Positions 1 through 7,062 of a DNA stretch of 56,497 bases are shown in pieces. The position numbers were made by a program, and so were the translations under genes. The stretch is from the NCBI GenBank assembly GCA_947499075.1, contig CANMNA010000003.1:1-56497 (forward strand), read 5' to 3'. Within the stretch, counting starts at the first letter, position 1. Every line of letters begins with the position of its first letter. The DNA is from Myxococcales bacterium (GTDB taxonomy: Bacteria > Myxococcota_A > UBA9042). Below the pieces are notes generated by a model. That model searched no databases. It was not told the origin of the DNA and saw only the letters and a list, made by a program, of their open reading frames with translations.

Positions 1-374
1 CGTGCGTCATGCGGGCGCGGTTCCCAATCGGGGGTCGCTCGTTGTGGCATGGCTGAACGGATCGAGCTGGGTCTTGGGTGACCTCACCCGCTCGCGGCCG
101 CTGGCGCGGCTGGCTCGTTGCCCTCTCCCTTCAGGGAGAGTGCCGCAGCTTGGCCGCGCCCGCGCGGCCCGCTGCGGGGTGAGGTCTCAGTCAGGCACGC
201 GGCGATTGGAACGCGGAAACCAGAATCGCGCCCCCCTTTTCGGATCCTCGCCCGCATCACGCTACACACGTTGACCCGCCGCAACGGTACCCGCCACACT
301 GGCAACCGTGCCGGCCGGTACGGAGCCGCTGCACGCTGCCCGCGGCGCATCCCGACCGCAGGAGGAGTTCGGTC

Positions 375-2792
375 GTGCTTCGACCTGTTCAGCCGGCATT
401 GTCAACAACTTCGGCTGTCCTCGCTGGTCTGCTGGTTCTGCTCGGGCTAGCGTGCCGCCGCATACCGGTGCCGACTGCGACGCCGCCTGATGCGCCGCCA
501 CGGCATGCCATGGCGCCATTGCCCAAGGAAACCATGACCGCACAGCCCAACAACCATCCGGGTTCGCAGCCGTATTCAGCCGAAACCGCCGTGGCGATTG
601 CCCAGGCATTGGCCCAAGTGCCCGCATCCTTTCAGCCTCGCACCCGGCACTACGGCGGCCAGGCGCACCCACCGCAGGGCGAGCACACCGACCCGAATGC
701 ACCGGTTGGGGCCACGCCCAATTTCACCAATCGTCTGATTCTGGAGGCCAGCCCCTACTTGCGGCAACACGCCCACAATCCGGTCGACTGGCGGCCATGG
801 GGCAAGGCGGCGTTTGACGAAGCCCGCGCGCTGAACCGACCGATTTTCTTGTCGATTGGCTACGCGACTTGTCATTGGTGCCATGTGATGGAGCACGAGA
901 GTTTTGAGGACCTGGCGATCGCCCACCAGCTCAACAGCCAGTATGTGCCGGTCAAAGTGGACCGCGAGGTGCGCCCCGATGTCGACGCCGTGTACATGGC
1001 GGCCGTGCACGCTCTGGGCCGCGGCGGCGGTTGGCCGATGAGCGTATGGCTGATTCCCGACCCCAAGCAGCCACAAGGCGTGGTTGGTCTGCCCTTTTTT
1101 GCCGGCACTTACTATCCACCCAAGGACGGTGATCGTGGCCAGCGCATGGGCTTTGGCACGCTGCTGGCACAACTGGCGACCGCCGTGCGCGACCACCGCG
1201 GCGAGATCGAGGCGCATGGTCTAGAGCTGGCGGCTGCAGTCAAGACTAACCTGGAGAGCGCGGCGCCAGACGTCGAGATGCTGCCCCTGACGTTGGCGGA
1301 CAGTGCCGTCAACGAGTTTGCCCAGGGTTACGACCCGCGCGATGGCGGGCGTCGCGGCGCGCCCAAGTTTCCGTCGAACACGCCGTTTGGCCTGCTTTTG
1401 CGTCACCACTTGCGCACCGGCGATCGCCAAGCAAGCGACATGGTCGTGCATACCTTGCGCATGATGGTGCGCGGTGGCATCTGGGATCACGTCGGCGGCG
1501 GCATCGCGCGCTACAGCACCGACGCGCAGTGGTTTGCGCCGCACTTTGAGAAGATGCTGTATGACCAAGGCTTGGTCGGCATGGCGCTGGTCGAGACCGT
1601 TTCGCTTTGCGGCGATCCCGAGTTGGCCCAGGCTGCGCGCGACCTCTTCGATTTTGCCGTGCGCGAGTTTGCTCACCCAGACGGTGCGTTCTACTCCGCG
1701 TTCGATGCCGACAGCGAAGGGCGCGAAGGCCTGTACTACCTGTGGTCGGTGGCGGAACTCAAGGCAGTGCTGGGCGAGAGCGACGGCGCGCTTGTTGCCC
1801 AGTTGTACGGCGCGACGGTGCAGGGCAACTTTGAAGGCAGCAATATCTTGCACTTGGCGCGGGCCTTGACCCCAACAGAGCTGGCGCAGACCCGCCCAGC
1901 GCTGCACAAGCTGCGGATGGTGCGGGCCAAACGCGTCCCGCCGCTGCGCGACGACAAGATCTTGCCGGCTTGGAATGGCTTGCTGATCTCGGCCTTGGCC
2001 CGCGGTTCGCTGGTGCTGGGCGAGCCGAAGTATCTCGCTGCGGCCCAGCGCGCGCTGGAGTTTGTGCACGCGCAGCTGTGGCAAAACGGGCGGCTGCACC
2101 GCAGTTGGCTGCACGGTCGCCCGGGTGCCGATGGGCAATTGGACGACCATGCCAACGTGGTGCAGGCCGATCTGGACATCTTCGAGGCCAGCCACGACGC
2201 CGTATGGCTGCAGCGCGCGCTACAGGTTCAGTCGGCCCAAGACCAATGGTTCGCCGACAAGGAACATGGCGGCTACTTCGCGACGCCCAGTGATGGCGAG
2301 ACGCTTCTGGGGCGCCAAAAGCCGGACTACGACGGCGCTGAGCCGTGTGGCAACTCGGTGGCCGCACTCAACTTGCTGCGGCTGGCGGCCTTGACTGGCG
2401 ACGACCTATGGCGGGCCAAAGCCGACAGCCTGTTTCGCGCGCTGGGTGCGCGCGCCCGCCGGTCGCCGATGGCGGTGACTGACCTGTTGACGGCCCTTCA
2501 GGCCCGCAATGCACCGATCAAGGAAGTGGTCCTGGTCCGGCCAGCGGGCAGCGACCCGGCTGTTCTCAGGCCGCTGCTGCACGTCGTCAACGCCACGTTT
2601 ATGCCGCACCGCGTCGTAGTAGCGGTGGCGCAAGGGCAGGGCGGCGCGCTGTGGACACCGCTGGCTGGCCTGCTGGAGGGCAAAGTCGCGCAGGACGGAC
2701 AGCCGACCGCCTATGTGTGCCGATTGGGCGCTTGCAAGCGCCCGACGCGCGATCCCGAGGTGCTGCGCCAGCAGCTCTTGGACCGCGACTAA
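375..2792 (+). CDS. Thioredoxin-domain protein (DUF255 / YyaL-like), probable lipoprotein
   Basis: 805-aa ORF with a GTG start about 8 nt after AGGAGG. N-terminal LLVLLGLAC lipobox-like signal. '[22 protein letters not shown]' thioredoxin-like motif followed by a long helical region typical of this family. Strong GC3 bias. Confidence 0.85.
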   Translation: MLRPVQPALSTTSAVLAGLLVLLGLACRRIPVPTATPPDAPPRHAMAPLPKETMTAQPNNHPGSQPYSAETAVAIAQALAQVPASFQPRTRHYGGQAHPPQGEHTDPNAPVGATPNFTNRLILEASPYLRQHAHNPVDWRPWGKAAFDEARALNRPIFLSIGYATCHWCHVMEHESFEDLAIAHQLNSQYVPVKVDREVRPDVDAVYMAAVHALGRGGGWPMSVWLIPDPKQPQGVVGLPFFAGTYYPPKDGDRGQRMGFGTLLAQLATAVRDHRGEIEAHGLELAAAVKTNLESAAPDVEMLPLTLADSAVNEFAQGYDPRDGGRRGAPKFPSNTPFGLLLRHHLRTGDRQASDMVVHTLRMMVRGGIWDHVGGGIARYSTDAQWFAPHFEKMLYDQGLVGMALVETVSLCGDPELAQAARDLFDFAVREFAHPDGAFYSAFDADSEGREGLYYLWSVAELKAVLGESDGALVAQLYGATVQGNFEGSNILHLARALTPTELAQTRPALHKLRMVRAKRVPPLRDDKILPAWNGLLISALARGSLVLGEPKYLAAAQRALEFVHAQLWQNGRLHRSWLHGRPGADGQLDDHANVVQADLDIFEASHDAVWLQRALQVQSAQDQWFADKEHGGYFATPSDGETLLGRQKPDYDGAEPCGNSVAALNLLRLAALTGDDLWRAKADSLFRALGARARRSPMAVTDLLTALQARNAPIKEVVLVRPAGSDPAVLRPLLHVVNATFMPHRVVVAVAQGQGGALWTPLAGLLEGKVAQDGQPTAYVCRLGACKRPTRDPEVLRQQLLDRD

Positions 2793-2918
2793 GGAACGGT
2801 CAAGGAACAACTCGATCACTTTGGTGCTGCAAGGAGCGGCGAGTCGGCTGTCAAGTCGCGAGCGTGCGACCCACCTAGCAAGCACGAACGGTCCAAGCCA
2901 TACTTGGACAGTTCCTAA
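2790..2918 (+). mobile_element. 123-bp MITE, copy A (core 2793-2915, TAA/TAA flanks)
   Basis: Core is 116/123 identical by hand alignment to copy B. Inverted termini GGAACGGTCAAGG...CTTGGACAGTTCC. The left TAA is the stop codon of the upstream CDS. Confidence 0.85.
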
Positions 2919-3506
2919 GAGGGTGTATTCATAATGTCGCCGCCAGGCCAAGGCGCCGCACTAGCAGGCCGATCATCGCCAATTGAACCCATGCGTTGGA
3001 GCTCGCGACTGTCGCTTCGTAGTCTTTACTGAGGCGGCGGTTGCGGCCGAGCCAGCCAAAGGTGCGCTCGGTTTGCTGGGCGCTTTCTGCAGCTTGACCT
3101 TGCGGTAGCCAAGTTCCTTCATCGCCTTGGCGACCGTCCCGCTACCCAGCGATTGCTTGGTCTCTTCGGTGAACGCAGCAGCCAACTCTTCGAGCGTCAA
3201 CTTCCCGTTTGCCTCGATGAGCTTGCGCAGGACCAGCAGCCCGGCGGCGTCCAGAATCGGCTTTCGCCCACCGCCAGCCTTGCGAAGCTGTGGCAACAGG
3301 CCAGCCGCTCTCCCCCACTTCTTCAGCCTATCCAATGGGATCGCGGTCGTTCCCGCCAGTTGCTCGACTGTCTTGCCAGCCCGTAGCTCTGCAAGCACTT
3401 CGTTTTGTTGCTCTTCCGAATATGCTTCCGTCATGACCGCCTCCTTGTGGCAGGCGTCCTTGTCGCACGGCGCGATCGGCGGTCAAGTTTTTTGAATACA
3501 CCCTCT
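2918..3506 (-). mobile_element. IS630-family-like non-autonomous element (589 bp)
   Basis: Perfect 14-bp terminal inverted repeats AGAGGGTGTATTCA (2918-2931) / TGAATACACCCTCT (3493-3506), flanked by TA on both sides as in IS630/Tc1-mariner. The only ORF is HTH-only. The element is too short to encode a DDE transposase. Confidence 0.7.
2973..3434 (-). CDS. IS630-family transposase N-terminal HTH fragment (no catalytic domain)
   Basis: 153-aa ORF. 'GGRKPILDAAGLLVLRKLIEANGKLTLEELAAAF...GTVAKAMKELGYRKVK' matches the paired-HTH N-terminus of IS630-type transposases. The C-terminal approximately 30 aa look like out-of-frame junk after a deletion. Confidence 0.6.
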   Translation of the reverse strand: MTEAYSEEQQNEVLAELRAGKTVEQLAGTTAIPLDRLKKWGRAAGLLPQLRKAGGGRKPILDAAGLLVLRKLIEANGKLTLEELAAAFTEETKQSLGSGTVAKAMKELGYRKVKLQKAPSKPSAPLAGSAATAASVKTTKRQSRAPTHGFNWR

Positions 3507-3634
3507 TAGGAACGGTCAAGGAACAACTCGATCACTTTGGTGCTGCAAGGAGCGGCGAGTCGGCTGTCAAGCCGAGAGCTTGCGACCCACCAAGCAAGCA
3601 CGAACTGTCCAAGTTATACTTGGACAGTTCCTTA
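3506..3634 (+). mobile_element. 123-bp MITE, copy B (core 3509-3631, TTA/TTA flanks)
   Basis: Same 123-bp core. 12-bp right-end hairpin GAACTGTCCAAG-ttata-CTTGGACAGTTC. The right TTA is the complement of the HEPN gene stop codon. Confidence 0.9.
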
Positions 3635-4030
3635 ATGCGCAATGAGCAGGCCAGTCGCCCAGAACAGAACAGTCACGGCGGCGGCAACAGCGCGGTCACC
3701 TTCCGCCTCAGTCATTTCCGCTTCGCCATAGAACGCCGGTGCCCGCTTGCGCGCCAGATCGGAGGAGGTGGCCACCAGCCATTCGGCAAACTCGGCGTCC
3801 AGCGCAACGTTGCGGCTGCGCAAAGTTTCTGTGACGACCGCGCCCACATCGTGGACCTTGGGGTAGTCGCGGCCAGCCCACAATAGCACCGCCTTCTCGG
3901 CCAACTCGACAACCTCTTGGGCGCGCCGAACGGCCAGATTCCAATGCGCGGCGCCCAACGCCGCTTGCGCTTCGGCCAACACCAGCGTCGCTTCCGTCAA
4001 TAACCGCCGGCCTTGGCTTCCATTGGTCAC
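3632..4030 (-). CDS. HEPN domain protein (toxin partner of MNT)
   Basis: The ORF track gives 3632-4078. A GTG at 4030 overlaps the upstream TGA (GTGA), suggesting translational coupling. 'AVRRAQEVVELAEKAVLLWAGRDYPKVHDVG' fits the classical HEPN helix pattern. Confidence 0.75.
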   Translation of the reverse strand: MTNGSQGRRLLTEATLVLAEAQAALGAAHWNLAVRRAQEVVELAEKAVLLWAGRDYPKVHDVGAVVTETLRSRNVALDAEFAEWLVATSSDLARKRAPAFYGEAEMTEAEGDRAVAAAVTVLFWATGLLIAH

Positions 4031-4542
4031 CACGACAATTCCTCGCCAGGCCGCATCCCCGGCTTGAGCTCCCAGCACCAGCTCCCGTCCGGCAGCGCCA
4101 ACCGGTGGCTGCCATGCCGCGCCATGCTCTGCCGCACCCGTTCTAGGTGGTCAGCCACAACGCCATTTCGGTCAAACAGGATCTCGCCGTCAGTTGCCAC
4201 ATCCAGCAGCAACAGGGGGTGGTCGCTAAAGCGCGTCAGACTATGCACGACGATGGCCGGCGTGGGCTCTAGGCCGAGCCGCTCAATCACCTGCTGGGCA
4301 GTGCTGCGGCGCACCTCACCCAAGGCCGCCGACAGTGCGGCGTCGACGGCATCGTCGTTGCTGGGCACCACCAACAGCAAGTCTATGTCGCTGCCTGGGC
4401 GCTGCTGCCCGCGCGCGCACGACCCAAACAGGACCAGACCCAGTTCTCGCTCGCCGAGTGCCTGATGCAAACAGCGTTGCACGGTGGCGAGATAGCCTTT
4501 GAGCGCCGGAGCAATCATCGGTTGATGCGGCCGAGACACCAT
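4027..4542 (-). CDS. Minimal nucleotidyltransferase (MNT) domain protein, antitoxin partner of HEPN
   Basis: 'LVLFGSCARGQQRPGSDIDLLLVV' is the GS-x10-DxD nucleotidyltransferase motif. An alternative start lies at ATG 4518. Confidence 0.8.
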   Translation of the reverse strand: MVSRPHQPMIAPALKGYLATVQRCLHQALGERELGLVLFGSCARGQQRPGSDIDLLLVVPSNDDAVDAALSAALGEVRRSTAQQVIERLGLEPTPAIVVHSLTRFSDHPLLLLDVATDGEILFDRNGVVADHLERVRQSMARHGSHRLALPDGSWCWELKPGMRPGEELSW

Positions 4543-4672
4543 GGCCTGCTACCGAGATACACAAGTTTGCGCGTGGTCCTCAGCGGCTGAAGGCGTGGGC
4601 TGCGCTCGCCCAGCCCGGCCCGCGCTGGGCTCCAACACCGCTGTATTGTTGAGAATCGATCCATGCCGTCTC

Positions 4673-4722
4673 AGCCCCGCGCAGGCGGGGCTTTGTAGAT
4701 GTAGCCCGCGGCTTTCAGCCGC
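4673..4722. terminator. Two tandem GC-rich hairpins between co-directional genes
   Basis: AGCCCCGC-gcag-GCGGGGCT (4673-4692) and GCGGCT-ttc-AGCCGC (4708-4722). T residues follow only on the + strand, so function is uncertain. Confidence 0.3.
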
Positions 4723-4761
4723 AGGGAGAAAGGGCAGACTGCGGCACAATTGACTGGCCGT

Positions 4762-5250
4762 CTAGGTCCCCGCCGGCGTCTCTTTGAGCGCGGCTTTGCG
4801 CGTACCGTGCTGGTAATACAGCAGCACCTGCGCCGGCATGACCGTAAACACATTGCCCTTGGGGCTGCGCATCGCCATCGGCTTGCCGGGCTCGGCCTGA
4901 ATCAGGGTGCCGTGCAGCACTTTCTGATCGTCGCCTTTGACTAGGATTTGATCGAAGCCGTCCAAACCGCGCGGCTCAGCGCCACTTTGCCACTCGATCT
5001 TGGCGATCTCCTTGGTCTGCACAAACCGCACTTCACCAAATTTTTGCAGGATGTAGCCGTCCTGATTTTTGGCAACGACGTCGGCGACCAACATCTTGCC
5101 GTCTGGGAAAACCACCTTGTCGCCCTTTTCGGCACAGGCCGGGCACACCGACGGCATGGGCGTAAACGGCCGAAACGCCGCCAGCGCCAACCACAGGACA
5201 CCCAAGGCGACCACAACACCCAGCGATTTCAAAGCAGGCAACGCGCGCAT
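4762..5250 (-). CDS. Hypothetical membrane-anchored/secreted protein
   Basis: 162-aa ORF with N-terminal hydrophobic segment LGVVVALGVLWLALAAF and good GC3. No family recognised. Confidence 0.6.
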   Translation of the reverse strand: MRALPALKSLGVVVALGVLWLALAAFRPFTPMPSVCPACAEKGDKVVFPDGKMLVADVVAKNQDGYILQKFGEVRFVQTKEIAKIEWQSGAEPRGLDGFDQILVKGDDQKVLHGTLIQAEPGKPMAMRSPKGNVFTVMPAQVLLYYQHGTRKAALKETPAGT

Positions 5251-5316
5251 GGCAATTCACCGCGGGCCAATGGGCCCACCCGACCATCGTAGGCAATTGC
5301 CAAAAAACTGCAAGGC

Positions 5317-5985
5317 CTACATGATTTTGGTCAGGGTCTCTTTGGCCGCAAACACCGCGGCCACTTGTCTAGTCTTTTCGGCATGGGCCAGCGCGAGTTG
5401 CACCGCGTGGCGCGCTTCGTCGGTGTTGCCCAGCGCCCGCATCGCCAGCGCCTGCAGCCGCAGCGTCTCAGCCAACACTTCCAGCCGTCCGACCCGGCGC
5501 TGTGCCCGCCCCGACTGGCGCAGGACCTCGAGCGCCTCCTTGGGTCGCCCCGAGTCAAGCAGCACGTTGCCCAAGTTAGGAACTGTCCAAGTATAACTTG
5601 GACAGTTCGTGCTTGCTTGGTGGGTCGCAAGCTCGCGGCTTCACAGCCGACTCGCCGCTCCTTGCAGCACCAAAGTGATCGAGTTGTTCCTTGACCGTTC
5701 CTTAGAGAGCGAAGTCGCCAGCCCCAAGGTGTCGTCCAGCGACTCAAACCGCAGCCGGACTTTGCGGTAGGCCGCCTCGGCATCGCCCAGCTTGTTGGCG
5801 CGCCACGCCAGATTGCCCACCGACAGCTCGACGTTGGCCGCCGCCACCTCATCGCCGCCGCGCACAAACGCCGCCTGGCCTTTGGTGTAGTGCTCCTGCG
5901 CGGCCGCATGCTCGTCTTTGCGCGCGCAGGCATGGCCCAGCCAGGTGTGCAGGCGGCCGATGCCCAGGTTCAGGTCGGTGTCCAT
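5317..5985 (-). pseudogene. Small TPR-repeat protein gene interrupted by MITE copy C
   Basis: Two same-frame ORFs (5641-5997 and 5317-5574) are separated by the 126-bp insertion. Removing it joins ...LATSLS-N-LGNVLLDSG.... TPR-like A/L/G periodicity on both sides. Confidence 0.7.
5576..5704 (-). mobile_element. 123-bp MITE, copy C (core 5579-5701, TTA/TTA flanks)
   Basis: The reverse complement is 121/123 identical to copy B. Identical 3-nt direct repeats on both sides. Confidence 0.9.
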
Positions 5986-6226
5986 CTGCTCGGGCAAGTG
6001 GCTGCACTCGTCCAGGGCGTGGCGGGCGATCGTCTCGGCATCGGTCCTCGCCCGCTGGGGGGACGCGCCAGTCTAGGAGGCTGTCGGAGAACCTCCTTTT
6101 GAGCCATTTCTGCCGCGTAACTTATTGATAACATTGAATCAAAAAACCAGAAATTGGAGTATTCCGACACCCACCTAGCATGGCCGATGGTTTTGGCGAG
6201 ATGGGTGACGGCTGGCGTCGTCGCGC

Positions 6227-6613
6227 TCAAGTCCAAAGGATCGGCACACCATACGCACGGAGTGCTTCGTCATGCGTGACAAGCGTGAAACCAAGGCTCG
6301 CCTGAGCCACGAGCAGGCGGTCGAACGGATCGCGGTGGTGCCAGGGCAGCTTGCGCACAGCGAGCGCGGCTTCGGGTGAAATCGGCAGCATGCCGATACC
6401 CACTTGTCGGCACGCCATCGGCAGCCACAACTCTGCTTGGTCTGGCAACTCGAGCTTACCGACCGATTGTTTGATGGCAATCTCCCACAAACTTGCCGCA
6501 CTGACGCTGACCCGATTGTGGGGAGCCGCGATCTCCGCGGCAACTTCAGGTCGCAGCCGAGATGGCTCAAGCAGCGCCCACAGCAGCGCGTGTGTATCGA
6601 GCAGCAGGTCCAT
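6227..6613 (-). CDS. vapC: PIN-domain toxin (VapC-like)
   Basis: 'MDLLLDTHALLWAL...SLWEIAIK...HRDPFDRLLVAQA' carries the PIN acidic residues. The start is 1 nt after the antitoxin stop. The longer track ORF (to 6718) is read-through. Confidence 0.85.
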   Translation of the reverse strand: MDLLLDTHALLWALLEPSRLRPEVAAEIAAPHNRVSVSAASLWEIAIKQSVGKLELPDQAELWLPMACRQVGIGMLPISPEAALAVRKLPWHHRDPFDRLLVAQASLGFTLVTHDEALRAYGVPILWT

Positions 6614-6614
6614 G

Positions 6615-6848
6615 TCAGACCCCAAAAGCTTCGGCCATGTCCGGCGGCAACTGGTCAAAATCGTCTGCGATCCACAGTTTTTGCCCGGCAAAGAGGCCCA
6701 GTGGACGCGGCTCGCCAATGGCTGCCAGCGGCGTGAGCCGCGCGACCGGCGTACCAGCGCGCGCGATGATGATTTCCTCGCCTGCGGCGGCGGCGTCGAT
6801 CAGGCGCGAGAGGTGGGTTTTGGCTTCGTGGACGTTGACTTGGCGCAT
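6615..6848 (-). CDS. Phd/YefM-type antitoxin
   Basis: 'MRQVNVHEAKTHLSRLIDAAAAGEEIIIARAGTPVARLTP' is a typical Phd/YefM N-terminus. The track ORF (to 7088) is an upstream extension. Confidence 0.8.
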   Translation of the reverse strand: MRQVNVHEAKTHLSRLIDAAAAGEEIIIARAGTPVARLTPLAAIGEPRPLGLFAGQKLWIADDFDQLPPDMAEAFGV

Positions 6849-6875
6849 TTCAGGCCCCGCAATGCCCGGTGGACC

Positions 6876-6915
6876 GGACTTAGTCCAGTGTAGTTTGAGG
6901 GTCGCCGCGTTGCAA
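6876..6915 (-). promoter_or_regulatory. Putative sigma70-type promoter plus palindromic operator of the Phd-VapC operon
   Basis: On the minus strand: TTGCAA (6910-6915), 17 nt spacer, TACACT (6887-6892). This is followed by the palindrome GGACT-t-AGTCC (6876-6886), just upstream of ATG 6848. Confidence 0.4.
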
Positions 6916-6972
6916 GGACCGGCCGGCGCGGTGGGGCGGCAACTGGGGTCTTGGGTCCATCCGCACCGCCAT

Positions 6973-7001
6973 TTGACCCACCCCAGCCCCGGCACTACGC
7001 T
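6973..7001 (+). promoter_or_regulatory. Putative sigma70-type promoter of the kinase gene
   Basis: TTGACC (6973-6978), 17 nt spacer, TACGCT (6996-7001), about 60 nt upstream of ATG 7063. Confidence 0.35.
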
Positions 7002-7062
7002 AGTGCAGCCCACGGTCACGGGCGGCCCGCCGCCGCCACGCCGCCGGCCGGATCGCACCGCC

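Noticed and set aside
31-52. Stem pairing of TTGGTG/CACCAA in MITE copy B versus TTGGCT/AGCCAG in copy D, as covariation evidence for a central helix. Coordinates are core-relative positions within the element, approximately 29-90.
   Set aside because: The paired segments are not at homologous positions in the two copies (shifted by about 5 nt). In copy B a competing hairpin, GCTTGC...GCAAGC, uses the same 3' strand. Only the right-end hairpin covariation is retained.
1-60. tRNA fragment suggested by GGTTCCCAATCGGGG
   Set aside because: The putative T-loop (TTCCCAA) has a pyrimidine where a purine is invariant, and no acceptor or anticodon arms could be drawn.
3509-5701. MITE copies B and C as the arms of a composite transposon carrying the HEPN-MNT module
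   Set aside because: Each copy has its own matching 3-nt duplication (TTA/TTA), so they inserted independently. There is no shared outer duplication.
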